Assembly: GCA_964016885.1 (NCBI GenBank)
Contig: OZ024740.1
Span: 34,720,001-34,784,000, forward strand
Length of the DNA stretch: 64,000 nt
Origin: Eledone cirrhosa
Lineage: Eukaryota
Direction of reading: 5' to 3'
The notes below the pieces were generated by a model. The model had not been told where the DNA came from. It searched no databases and worked only from the letters and a program-made list of their open reading frames with translations. Positions 25,476-37,809 of the stretch are shown here, piece after piece. Made by a program: the position numbers and the translations under genes. The number at the start of each line of letters is the position of its first letter. Position 1 is the first letter of the stretch.

Positions 25476-25541
25476 CTGAAAGGTTTGAACATGGAGGTGA
25501 ACAAATGTGAAACCATAGCTCTTGTAGGACAAAGTGGTTGT
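25476..25541 (+). pseudogene. 66-bp duplicate of part of the ABCB1 Walker A exon inside the upstream intron
   Basis: Matches 26476-26541 with one mismatch. Confidence 0.93.
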
Positions 25542-26403
25542 AGCCAGACAGAGGATCGGTCTCAACTGGCAAATAATCTGATATTGTTTTCACTCTCACT
25601 GGTACCAACGCTAGCACAGCATTTTGAGAGTCTCAGTCAATGTAGTGGTTATAGGCAGGTAACTCGTGAATGTTTCTCACTCCTCTCCGTCCAACACTAA
25701 AATTAAATCAAATGAAAATCCATTAATGAAGCTGGAACCAATCATAATCACACTAAATTAGCCCGACAATTTTATGTAAATATTTACGGGACTTCAGTTC
25801 AACTTGTTGGGCCATCACTTTTTACTATCACAAAAGTCACACATATTGTTCCTCTCTTAAGCACAAATCTCTCAGCCATTTCTGTTTTCGTGATTCGGTC
25901 TATATTCCAACTCCACCCTGGGTAGGAATGTTTATGGGTAGCGTCTATTCTCCTTCTTACTCATCTCTTTTATCAGGATATCACAGTAATAATGTTGTCC
26001 TGTGTTTTCCTCCTTTACCACTTGAATTTAAATGATGTTATCCAAGTCGATAAACTAAGTACGAAATGTAATTCAGTGTTGATGGGCAGACATGTGCTAC
26101 AAAAAACTGATTTTAAGATTGTAGTGTGTCACTTGAAAGAGATTTAATGGCTGTTTCTAGCAGGAAGAGCAACACCGTAGAAACTTCCTCATTGTTGCAA
26201 TAATGGTCATATACTAATATATGGTATATGATCTTATTTTAATATAAAGTATATGACCTTATACTAGTATATGGTATATGGTCTTATATTAATATGCATA
26301 AGTTATATAAACTTATACTAATATAAGATATATTATATTGATATAAGGTATATGGTCTTATACTAATATATGATTCCATTGCTATTTTTTCTTTTTTCAT
26401 TAG

Positions 26404-26601
26404 AGCACGTGTAACTCCAACGTTCAGTTTAAGGATGTTGAATTTTACTATCCAAGCCGTCCAAATATAACAATTCTGAAAGGTTTGAGCATGGAGGTGA
26501 ACAAATGTGAAACCATAGCTCTTGTAGGACAAAGTGGTTGTGGAAAAAGTACCTGTATACAGTTAATTGAGAAGTTTTACCATGCTAATAAAGGAACAGT
26601 G
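26404..26601 (+). CDS. ABCB1: ABCB1-like exon (NBD2 A-loop and Walker A)
   Basis: ttcattag|...|gtacg; 198 bp; VQFKDVEFYYPSRPNITILKGLSMEVNKCETIALVGQSGCGKSTCIQLIEKFY. Confidence 0.96.
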
Positions 26602-26711
26602 GTACGTATTCTAGTTTCTAATATATCTACGTCATCTGCCGTGTTTCTCGCGATAATTTACTAGATAAATGGAAAAATATTAAGTATTGTCTGTGTAGAG
26701 AAAAACATTAA

Positions 26712-26936
26712 CCCTTTAGCATTTACATTCCTCTATATATATATACTATTGTATTTTTGTGGTAAAGGCTTTATCTTACATAATTATCTCACACAATATC
26801 GAATCTATGAGATTTTGATGTTATTTATTTTGAGAACAATACCTTAATGTCAGTATGAGCGGGCAGTTATGGCCAGTTTGAACAGAAAGAGGTGAGAAAA
26901 TTCTGGCCGAATATGGCCGGTTTAAATGCTAAAGGG
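26712..26936. mobile_element. piggyBac-type MITE
   Basis: TTAA|CCCTTTAGCATTTA ... TAAATGCTAAAGGG|TTAA: terminal inverted repeats and TTAA target duplication. Confidence 0.9.
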
Positions 26937-27259
26937 TTAAGAGTCTCTTCACGTTTACATTTTGTCATGCAAAGAATGAGCAATGTCTCAGCGAATTCAT
27001 AAAATAGATACAAACATTAATAAATTCATTAATTTTAATAATTAATTATAAAACAAATAAAGATGGAAGAAATTTTGTCCCAATAGTTTCATCAGTTGCC
27101 GAGTAATAGCATCCACTGAAGTTTAGGTGTTGATGCAAACAAATCTTAAAATTAAAAATTAACAAATTAAGAATGCGTTACACCTTAGATATGAGTTAAA
27201 TGGAAATATTAACTAGGTTTATCCTAGTCCATGGCCAGTTGAAATTAAACAAATATATA

Positions 27260-27444
27260 ACTGTTTCTACTTTTGGCACAAGGGCAGCAATAACCAGTAC
27301 ATTACTGGTACTTTATTTTATCGACCCCGTAAGGATGAAAGGCAAAGTTAACCTCGGCGGGATTTGAACTCAGAACGCAAAGGGCCATAACTATGATGCA
27401 AAGCATGATGTCTGACGCTCTACTGATACTGCCAATCCACCGCC
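27260..27444 (-). mobile_element. tRNA-derived SINE
   Basis: Family consensus. Confidence 0.85.
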
Positions 27445-28099
27445 TGTCTCTATTAAGATAAAGAGAGACAACAAGAAGATAAAGAGAGACAACAATAATT
27501 TTTGGAGTTCCTTTCAAACGGATGAAGCCAAAGTGGTTAATGTTTAGCTTGTTCTGTAGTTTGATGCCTTTATGTAAATAGAAAGTAGGACAGATTCTAT
27601 TTTATGCGGAGGACGGTTGAAGAGGGTTTAGTGTTGGTTTTCGGATAAGAAAGAAAAGAATACAGCTGTATTTGATGAGATGCAATGGAGATGGAAGGGA
27701 GCCAGCTAGCAGTAGCGATAAAAACAGCAGAAAGAAAATACGCTTCATCAGTATATGATAGTGGTTGTAGGAGCTATTGTATAGTGTATGTGAAAGCGCA
27801 TGGCTTAGTGGTTAGAGCATTGGGCTTGCAATCGAAAGGTTGTGAATTATCAGACCGGGTGATGTGTTGTTTCCTTGAGCAAGACACTTTATTTCACGTT
27901 GCTCCAGTTTACTCAGCTGTATAATTGAGATGATAGGACTGGGGTCCCTATCATTAAATTACCCAAGACACCTCCAACGAGATATACCTTGGAGGAGGCT
28001 AGGTGTGAGCTGTCACACGCACACACACGTAGTGGGAGCTATTGAATGTCTCTTTAAACTTCCTTGATATTTGCAGATCGTGGCATATGTGGCATTGAT

Positions 28100-28456
28100 A
28101 AAGAGGAACTGGCTGGTATGCTCTTAAATCCAGTCACTGACAGGCAGATTCAGTCACAAACTGTACAAGTAGAAAAAGTTCCATTAATTTCATATTCCCT
28201 TACTGGCCGTTTTTTTCTTCTTATATTCCTCTTAATATTTACTTGCATTAGTCTGTTTTGCTCAAAGGCTTTCACATCATCATATATTTTTGATCGCCAA
28301 GTAGAGCGATCCACTGTGAGACTTTCCAGGTTTCTGGAGTCAATTTCTACATTCTTTAAGTTCTCCTTCAATGTATCCTTCAACCTTTTCCTTGACTTAC
28401 TCTGTTTACTTTTCCCCTGAGCAAGTTCCCCATAAAACAGTTGCTTAGGGATACAC
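28100..28456 (-). mobile_element. RTE-type LINE 3' fragment
   Basis: IPKQLFYGELAQGKSKQSKSRKRLKDTLKENLK..DRSTWR..CTVCD. Confidence 0.75.
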
Positions 28457-28629
28457 TAAAGTAAACTGTTTTAAATAAATTTCTACATCTAATTTAATAT
28501 AAATGTTTTGTCATGTAAAGATTGGTTTTATTTTTTTAATTTCTTTTCAGAGATTTCTGGTAGTTTCATTCGAATATATTGAATATTCAGAATATTTTAA
28601 CATAATAAATTATTTTTCTGTGATTTCAG

Positions 28630-28836
28630 TTTCTTGACGGCAAAGATCTGAACGAATTAAACACTAAATGGCTCCGTCAACAGATTGCCGTTGTCTCACA
28701 GGAACCAGTTCTATTTTCCTCTTCAATCCAAGAAAATATTGCTTATGGAGATTTGTCGAGGACAGTAACATTTGATGAAATTGTTAATGCTGCTCAGAAA
28801 GCAAATGCCCATTATTTCATAGACTCTCTGCCCGAG
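28630..28836 (+). CDS. ABCB1: ABCB1-like exon (NBD2 Q-loop)
   Basis: tttcag|...|gtgag; 207 bp; [69 protein letters not shown]. Confidence 0.96.
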
Positions 28837-28883
28837 GTGAGTTTATTCTTCTCTTCACTGATTTACTGGCGGGTTTTATAACA

Positions 28884-29318
28884 ATAATTGTTTCTACTTT
28901 TGGCACAAGGCCAGCAATAACCCAGTGCATTACTGGTACTTTAGTTTATCGACCCCGTAAGGTTGAAAGGCAAAGTTAACCTCGGTGGGATTTGAACTCA
29001 TAATGACAAGGGTCGAAACTCTATGCGTCAAAGCATGGCATCCGACTCTCTACCGATACTGCCAATCCACCACCCTTATATAATAATAATAATAATTTTA
29101 TAATAATAATAATGGTTTCTTATATAGGCACTAGGTCCTCAATTTTAGGGGAGGGGAAAGTCGATTAAATCGACCCCAGTGCGTGACTGGTACTTTATTT
29201 TATCGACCCCGTAAGGATGAAAGGCAAAGTCAACCTCGGCGGGATTTGAACTCAGATCATAAAGGGCCATAACTCCTATGCTGCAAAGCAAGGTGTCTGA
29301 CGCTCTACCGATACTGCC
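28884..29318 (-). mobile_element. Two tandem tRNA-derived SINEs separated by (TAA)n
   Basis: Family consensus at 28884-29075 and 29113-29318. Confidence 0.85.
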
Positions 29319-29363
29319 ATAATAATAATAATAATAATAATAACAATGATGATGATAATAATA

Positions 29364-31900
29364 ATTTCTTTATTGGCCACGAGGACCAACATATAGGGGA
29401 CAATACAAAAGACGAGGACAGTGGGGTTTACATATAAAATTGTAAACAATATAAATAACAATAACAAAATAACAAAAATACAATAATGAAAATTCTCTAA
29501 TAGCGCGGATAACCACCTAGGGTCGACTCAGGGACCCCACCAATCCTGAACCATCCGACGCTTCGGGAGAACCCGTTGCCTAAAATTAACCAGCCTATAG
29601 GCGCATGCACAGAGTAGGCCCATTCATACGGGTCATTCTCATCATATTCACCCACCTTTTAGCAAATGTACTGGGAGGCAGCACTTCTCTCTCCACCCTG
29701 ACCTTCCTTTCCAAGTAAAACATGAAAAAGTTGATGAGAGTCCTTGCAACCTGGTGCACCACACAACTTCTTTCGTTACCGCCACTAGACAGAATAAACT
29801 GCCTGCCCTTCCAGGCCAAAAGAAGGCGGCGGGACGATCTTCACTGTGGACTCGGTCGATAGCTGGATCTGTCCTACACGCGAAACAGCTGTTCGACATA
29901 ACTCTACAAGTCAGTAATTCACGGACACTGGACGAGTGCGTGTAGAACAGCTTCGTCGTTCTGCGCGCGTTTCGGACAGGTCCGTCTGACAACACTTCCG
30001 TGTCTGTAGCGAACCGGCAGTGCTCCCCTGTAACACTGCCAAGCGAAGGATTTCTGGCAGTTAGCCATAGTCCCCGACTCGAAAGTCCTCCGGAACAGAC
30101 AGGTCAGTTCGACTTCGTCGACGCACAGAGTCTCTTCGAGTGCGTCGTCGTATTTCCCCACTCCTAAACCTCTATAGAACTCGAGAGTGAAACTTCCACG
30201 GACCGCATTGCTCACCTGGTAGAGGGTAGTGAGCACCTGACAACATTCCAGATACCAGACACCCAGTCTTGGTCTCTTCTTGACCCAAGACTGCAGCTCA
30301 GTCAAAGAGACGAGCTGGGGAAAGGCCTGTCTTACAAACGGCGACCACATCTGTTCACCCTTTAGGCAGAATATGTGGAGATGCTACAGCCTCAGGACCG
30401 TCAAAGACCCAATTGTGGTTTTATTACCACGCTACGCCTATGCCATTTGGGCTTATCAAGCAGCTTTGGTTCCCTCATTTCTTAGAGCACGCGCCTTAGC
30501 TCTGACAACGCAGCCTTTATGTTTTACATTGAAGAAATGATCTAATGCCACTCTCGTCACTAGCATGTCAGCTGCAATGCCACTATAAATAGGCTCGTCT
30601 AATTTAGCTACCGGCTCCTCCACCTTTCTATTTTTTCTAACGCTACTTCTTTGCTAAAACCTATCGGGATTATTCTTATTTATTTTTTGAGAGTCCCCCC
30701 ACCATCTGTTTTTTACGATCTTCTCTCTCAACACTTACTTAATTAAGTTGTTAACCCGGTCTCTGTAAGCCTTACGTAGTAAGCCAGTAATCAGGTCCTA
30801 ACTTGCGTCTTATCTAGGTCGACCATACAAATCACAAACTTGTGATCTGAATAGGCGACCGTTTGAAAGTGTGAAAATATGAACTTTATACGATCTAGAT
30901 GACACTATGTGGTTGGTTCAGCTGCACAGTGCCGCATTAGGAAATCTAGTTGGTACATGTCAGACAGTTGGAACTGGCTGATCAGGTACTTTAGGCCCTA
31001 TCACCGCCCGCTCCTATCAGCTACTCCCACACAATCCCAGTGGGCATTTAAGATGCCGTTCCAATCCCCCAATAACAGTTCCCAGAAAGGCTTCCAGTCG
31101 TCTAAAGAAATCCGACTGATGTAGACGGGTGTAGACGGCCACCAGTCTAAAGGCAGCACCTTCGCTATTGCTCACGTCCAGGATCACCAACATACTCTCC
31201 AGGTCCGGAAGATCAACATTGCTACGAGATCCAGGCCTTTCCTAAACAACATTGCCACCTCCACCTCCCATTCCCATCAGATTAAGAGATGCGAAGATCT
31301 GATAGTCGTCGAAAATAGGGGCCAGTGCGCGCGTGTCGGAAATACTGGTCTCGCTGACAGCGATTACATCCATATCTAGTGACCTGAGGTCGTTCAGCAG
31401 GTGATGCTGCTTCCAGGACGACCCAAGTTCACGAACATTTAAACAATCTACTCTTAGGATGGCTATGTTGGCCGGTTGAACGAGAGAGAAAGATTTACTT
31501 AATTTCCGGACGCTTGTGAAGGTCGGGTGGTTCGACCTCCATGTTTGGTGCGATTTCTTTTGGGAACCCCTTTAATAGTCAGCTTGTAGATTTAACATTA
31601 GGGGTTCCCGCGTCACGTAGAAAGCTCCCCTATTGACTTTGTAGGCACCCAGCGACATTCGTACCATCATCAGATCTTCCGCTACTCCTAATGTACTGGG
31701 GATAAATATCTCCCCTTCCTTTTCAATGTCTTTGCTTCGTATTGTGAGGGCCTTGAATTTCTAATTGGCCCGTCTTACTAGCACAAAGTTTTGTGTGTGA
31801 TTTGTTATTGTGGTTGTACGAGTTTTCGTTTTGGTGGTTGAGGTATTTGTGGTGGTGGTGTTGTTATTCATATGGGTATGTCAATATTTTGTTGTGTGTG

Positions 31901-31994
<94 letters not shown>

Positions 31995-32940
31995 TGTTTT
32001 TTTGTTTTCTGTGCCTGCGTGTTTGTCTTTTTGGACGTTGTGGTAGTCTCTAGTCTCTCGTTTTCGCTACGAGAAGACGAGGTGTCTGTGTTTGATTCAG
32101 GTGTTAATCTGTGTGTTTGAGTGTGTATTTGTTTCACGAGGGTGTGTGGGAGAGCTTTCCCCATCTTCCCCTTGAGTTGATTCTAGTGGTGTTGTTTTCA
32201 CTGTTGCTGCTGTTGGTGCTGGCATTGACGATGGTGCCTTTTTCTCTCCCGGCTCTGGTGTTGGCAGCAACGGAGGTTTGCGACCCCTGCATTTTTGAGC
32301 TGAAGGCAGAAGGCTCGCAAATGTGTTGCTTCGCCACAGACGAAGCAGTGTGGCCTTCTGCCCTTAGCGATCATCTGTATTGCAGACCCGTCCTGCAGGC
32401 GGACAAGATCCGGGATATTCTTGTGCTGATCCGGCTTTATTTACAGAAGAATCTCCAAACCCACCCGGACCAGTCCTCTCTCGCCGTTTTAATGAATGTC
32501 TATGAAGGTACCATCGGTAGCCTTCTCGATCACACATCCCAGGATCCACCATAAATCCAGTCCTGGCGGGATCCTGGTAATGCGGATCTTCATTCTTTTT
32601 CCCGTGTCGGACGGGTACATCATAATGTGGTCTGTTTTACAGGGGGCCACTCAGTGTTTGATAACAAGGGCTTCGGTTTTGAATAACACTGAGATGGTGC
32701 CGAGATGTCGGCCCCTTGCTATATATTCAATATCTTCTCTGATGCATTTCATTCCAGCCTCTACTTTAGACTGGGACCAATTCAGCTTTGCGGGTTTGCT
32801 CTGAAATACATCTAAAAATCATAATTTCCTTTGTGTTGCCGCCATCGCCTTGGTCGAGACGGTTAGATTAGCCTAGGTTTCCTCTCTTTTGATCAATTTG
32901 CACGCCTGGACCAAACGTTCTGTCTTACCTGTTAAGTCCA
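29364..32940 (-). mobile_element. Degraded L1/Tx1-type LINE family B with an internal deletion of the RT
   Basis: Collinear with 49015-54250; the junction at ~30396 skips the equivalent of ~50130-51560; ORF1 knuckle CFVCGEATHLRAFC at ~32300-32345; internal (GT)n at 31903-31992; (TAA)n at 29319-29363. Confidence 0.88.
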
Positions 32941-33206
32941 AATGATAAATTATGAAAGTTTAGGCATAACGTATACACAAGAAATGATAAATACACATGG
33001 GCAAGGGGAATATCTATATTGTAAAACTGATCTTGGAACATTCCATAGATTTTTCAAGAATTTTAGATTATATTTTGAGAGATTAAGAAAGGTAGAATGC
33101 ATTTAAATGTTGTATATGTGTTGGTAAAATGATTAATATTAATAAAACGGGATTACATGCTACTGATATTTATTTACATTTACACATTAATAATTTTATT
33201 ATTTAG

Positions 33207-33353
33207 GGTTATAAAACTAAAGCTGGAGGGAAAGGATCACAGTTAAGCGGAGGACAGAAACAACGAATTGCTATTGCTCGAGCATTGATAAGAAATCCAA
33301 AAATATTGCTTTTGGACGAGGCGACGTCTGCTCTTGATAGTGAAACGGAAAAG
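33207..33353 (+). CDS. ABCB1: ABCB1-like exon (ABC signature, Walker B, D-loop)
   Basis: atttag|...|gtata; 147 bp; [49 protein letters not shown]. Confidence 0.97.
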
Positions 33354-33589
33354 GTATATATTTTATCCTCTCTCTCTTTCTATCTTTCACTTTTAACTCA
33401 GAGATTTTCATTTGCACATATTTTGCCAAAAAGTTCTTAGTGCTCTTATTCATTCTAATGTTTTGTGTTACAACCGGAAAGAATGACCTTACGTATTAAG
33501 TTGTCTATACTTTCTACTCTCTTTACTTATCTTTAACACTGTTCTCTATATGTAAATTATTAAGGACCAAACATGAGCTTATTCTAGAT

Positions 33590-33920
33590 CCCTCATTTGG
33601 GAAGACATCTTCTGCGGCATGTTCTCTACCTCCACCTTAGTCGCTTCGGCCACAAACCCCGGCATCACAGCCCGCCTCGCAGAAGAACGTAAAATAAACA
33701 AATACCGGGGTTTTGTCCAGCCGCTTCCTCTTCGCGCCGGTCGCCGCCGAGACCTCAGGCGTACTTGGACTCCTTACTGCCGAGCTCCTCTGCAAGATCG
33801 GAACGTCGGCGGCCCGTCTGAGGAAGGAGCCCCGCGAGGTTGGGTGGCTGTTGCAGCGGGTGTCACTGACCATTGTCTGTGGGAATGCTTTTGCAGTCTT
33901 GTCCGCGGGACGCAGCTCTT
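33590..33920 (+). mobile_element. CRE-like RLE fragment (further remnants at ~47430-47750 and ~62340-62760)
   Basis: ARLAEERKINKY, FAPVAAETSGVLG, WLLQRVSLTIVCGNA. Confidence 0.75.
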
Positions 33921-34203
33921 CTTCCCCCATGCCTAAGGCCCAAAGCTCAATCACCCTCCCCATCCACCCCTCCCCCTCTCTTCTGCGACACCAGAGTTCT
34001 GGCCATCCCTCCCCTTCCCATTCTTTTGTTTTCTTTTCTTTTTTTATTATTGCTGTTATTATAGTTGTCATTACTATCATTATTATTAATGGCGACTTGC
34101 GTCGGAAAACATCTTATCGTGAGCTCCTAAAGGTTTGTAGTTTTAAGTTGTTTTGAATTGCTAGTTATGGAATATTTTTGTTGTTAACTGTTTATAAGTT
34201 CAT

Positions 34204-34451
34204 ATAGTTATGTAATAAACAACATAAGGCAATTATTCCATTTACCAGTGGTTTCTTAAAAGCAAAAGATTTTGCTTTCAATCCTCAGAATGAAAAAATC
34301 CTGGTCTGTTTATTGAATTTGGATTTTAAAATCCAAATTCAATAAGCAGACCAGGATTTTTTCATTCTGAGGATTGAAAGCAAAATCTTTTGCTTTTAAG
34401 AAACCACTGGTAAATGGAATAATTGCCTTATGTTGTTTATTACATAACTAT
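34204..34451. repeat. 248-bp near-perfect palindrome with no spacer
   Basis: Centre ggatttt|aaaatcc at 34327/34328; one mismatch seen. Confidence 0.95.
34361..34418 (+). ncRNA. Type I hammerhead ribozyme motif (mirror copy on - strand at 34237-34294)
   Basis: TTCATT-CTGAGGA-[TTGAAAGCAAA..TTTGCTTTTAA]-GAAAC-CACTG-GTA^AATGGA: complete core, stems I/II/III and a GUA cleavage triplet. Confidence 0.85.
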
Positions 34452-35329
34452 TAAGCTCTGTTACCTACATAGAGCACTCTTTTTTCCTGGACTTTTCCGA
34501 CGGAATTACTTCATTTATAAGTTCATATATATAGTTTCTGAAAAGGACACTCAATAATATTGGGGCTTGAGCCCAAATCTGAACTTTATTTTGTCAAATA
34601 AACAATTTTTTTTTGTAAAAAAAAAAACTAGCTGTCACGTGACAGCGGCTCTAACATAAACACCATTCCCACCATCACCATCGTGAACCTTGCTACAATT
34701 GCCAACACCGATAACGTTTTCTCTAACAGCAGCAGCAGCAGCAGCAGCAGCAACAGCAGTCGCCAAAGTTTTCCACGTGCAGACGTAAGCATTCCACCTT
34801 TGCCAATGTCTACAGGTGTTAAAGCCACCATCTCCACCGCCACAATGTCTCGTGATAACAAAATGGATTCTCCCACAATGTCGACAGTCACGTCGAATGC
34901 CAGTGACACCACCACAGCAACAACTGAAACAAAAAATAATAAAGGACTGGGCTTCTTCTTCGGGAACAGAAAATACTTAAGCTCTGATGAGTTGTCGTTC
35001 CTCAATAAAATAAAGTGTAATATACATTATATACTTACTAATGTATCCAGAAATGTGCCGCTGTTATACTGACAAATATAATACTATACTCAAGAAATTA
35101 CTACTCTCTGATTTACTAAAATTCCCAATAATCACGCAGATATACTTTTTATCCTTTCTGTCTTTTTTTACTGCTACTACAAAAACACATAGCTGCTTTC
35201 AATTATCAGGTTGTATACTTACTTCATCTAATCCTGTTTAATGTATCCACTAATATTTTACCCGTCAATGCAACGTTGTTCTTTCTCAAACCAGCAGTGG
35301 GTACTTTCATCAATCATCTCAAGAAATAC

Positions 35330-35820
35330 TGCTTTCTGAATGTGCCCCTTTGCCCGCTTGTTTACTATATTCAAAACACGTCAAACTGAACGTCAATTGC
35401 ATTGAAGTAAACTCTTTAAGAGTGCTGAAAATGTTGATAAGTATTCGTTGAAAATTAGGAGGAGATTCGAGAATAGAGCAATCTTTTGAAAAAATATAAA
35501 GGAAGTTTAGATTTGTGAGATGTCTGTGAGAGATTGAAATGTGGATAGCTACATCAGAAGTAGTGTACGGAAAAATATATTTGAGTAATTTTGAAATAGT
35601 ATAAGCAAATTTAGACAAGAAGCAACAATGATAGTTCAAATAAAAATAAGAAATAACGTCCTGAACGCTTTCTAAAAAGATTGTGATAATCTGGCACACA
35701 ATAAAGGAATATATTTGGGAGTTGTATGATATCACTAACTGACCGTGATCAAAGTATGAATAATCCATGTATTTGACTAATATATGTAGAAAACATCGCC
35801 TGATGGAAATCAATGATTGG
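35330..35820 (-). mobile_element. Possible degraded Penelope-like GIY-YIG endonuclease C-terminus
   Basis: TSDVAIH(F/I)..H..LNFLYIF...RILINIF pattern recalls PLE endonuclease ends; lies among hammerhead fold-backs. Confidence 0.35.
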
Positions 35821-36383
35821 TTTTAGCAAACGGTTGTTCAATACTGATTGGAAAAGACGAAATATCCCTCTACTTTAAAGAGTAGAACGTCTGAGGCACA
35901 ATATATTTGACTGATTTTCAACCATCTTAATTTGATTTATATACTTTAGTAATATCTTTTCTTTCTCTTTCTCTTTCCACACTTACATACTGCAGTAGAC
36001 TTTCTATACTACTCAACTCCATACCTTAATAAATATTACCATCTCTATATTATATTCCTGCACATATTACTCTACTTCTTCTATAGTCTACGAACACTAA
36101 CACCTGTATGGTTTCGCTTTTCAAATTTACATCTTGGAGTTATTTCCCTTTGCTATAATACGTTTTTCGTAAACTAACGTTTTTAGAACACGTTGCTATT
36201 AACGGTATCTTATAAACTCGTATAAGCGTCTCAAGATTAGGTCACAATTTTGATCTCGCTTACATTCTACATATATGGTCAATATTGGGCCTTGAAGCCT
36301 TAGGTAGCGCTTTTGTTCCGTGTATGAACATAAATAAATAAATAATATATATATATATAATATAAAGGTTATCATATACATAA

Positions 36384-37327
36384 AATTAACCATATACAAA
36401 ATCAAATCTAGCAAGCTTTAAGAATACATTTTCTTACGGGGAAATCTCTGCATGCTGCCGAAATGTTTGATAAATAGTGGAACGGAGCCGCCGCGAAGAG
36501 GCTACGATCAATTGCTTGTCAGAGATTTCCCCGTAAGAAAATTTATTCTTAAAGCTTGCTAGATTTGATTTTGTATATGGTTAATTATGCTGATTAGAAG
36601 AAGAAATAGTATATATTTTAATATCTGATTGATTCTATAGACATGATTTATGATATAATGCTCTGATCTTCTGATTTTAATTTATTAATTCTTCATTGAG
36701 CTTAAAAGTGAACAGTTGCAACACATATATATATCTTTAATTTAATTTTATGTATATGATAACCTTCATATTTAATAATCTCCCAATTGGTTGAGATTAA
36801 ATTTGGCGATTTATGGCTGCGCTTTCTAGCAGCAAGCCTACCCGCCGTAAGCAACCAATCACATGCTTTCTCTCTGGCTGGTACACAGCTACATAGCGAT
36901 CTTAGCCATTTTTGAATCTAAATTTGGCGCGGTCGGTTTGAGAAACTAAATGTCTGATTTTGAGTTTATCTCCTGATGAAACCTAACTCTGGAATTCCAT
37001 ATTATTTGGATGTCCTAAATAAGGAAGAAACCATGGTAGAGATATAATTACGGTATGTGCGCATTTCTTCTAAGTTTAATTTTACTACTAATTATGTGTG
37101 GTTGATAGTATATTTGATCGAATTCTGCATGCTTCCGAAATGTTTGATAAATAGTTGAACGGAGCCGCCGCGAAGAGGCTACGATCAATTGCTTGTCAGA
37201 GATTTCCCCGTAAGAAAATTTATTCTTAAAGCTTGCTAGATTTGATTTTGTATATGGTTAATTATGCTGATTAGAAGAAGAAATAGTATATATTTTAATA
37301 TCTGATTGATTCTATAGACATGATTTA

Positions 37328-37334
<7 letters not shown>
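36384..37334. mobile_element. Penelope-like terminal-repeat structure (inverted plus direct partial repeats) between (TA)n tracts
   Basis: 36384-36450 is inverted to 36520-36586; 36447-36657 is directly repeated at 37124-37334; hammerhead in between. Confidence 0.75.
36967..37044 (+). ncRNA. Minimal type I hammerhead ribozyme motif
   Basis: TATCTC-CTGATGA-[long stem II]-GAAAC-CATG-GTA^GAGATA; palindromic stem III (ACCATGGT) typical of dimer-forming PLE hammerheads. Confidence 0.8.
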
Positions 37335-37396
<62 letters not shown>

Positions 37397-37399
<3 letters not shown>

Positions 37400-37507
37400 A
37401 ATGAGTGAAGGATAACGTGGATCGGCTGTACAATAGGGTTTATTGAAAGTATTACTTTGAATAAACCCTACTGTACTGCCGATCCACGTTATCCTTCACT
37501 CATTTGC
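37397..37507. repeat. ~110-bp hairpin palindrome next to (TA)n
   Basis: aaatgagtgaaggataacgtggatcggc ... gccgatccacgttatccttcactcattt. Confidence 0.9.
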
Positions 37508-37632
37508 TTACCTAGGAAGTGTCTTGAAACGGCCACCCGACTGGTGACCCAAACAACGCCGAACGTTAAAACGATCCTCGATACAGAGTACTCATAACCT
37601 CTACTTGGATTACCTTACACGATATCTCGTTA

Positions 37633-37724
<92 letters not shown>

Positions 37725-37809
37725 TAGTTTTGTCAATCAATAATTTGTGAATTTATTATCTGATATTAGATAAAGTAATTTTCTTATTTATTTTTGTAAT
37801 CCATTTCAG

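Noticed and set aside
33271-33453. Minus-strand ORF overlapping the signature exon, and antisense ORFs within GC-rich Tx1 copies
   Set aside because: Shadow ORFs of the real coding strands
34628-35072. Ser/Thr-rich ORF with a (CAG)n run as a host exon
   Set aside because: Low complexity, no recognisable domain, and the ABCB1 frame is complete without it
37540-37575. Additional hammerhead (CTGGTGA...CGAACGTTAAA)
   Set aside because: Both core segments are mutated and stems are not convincing
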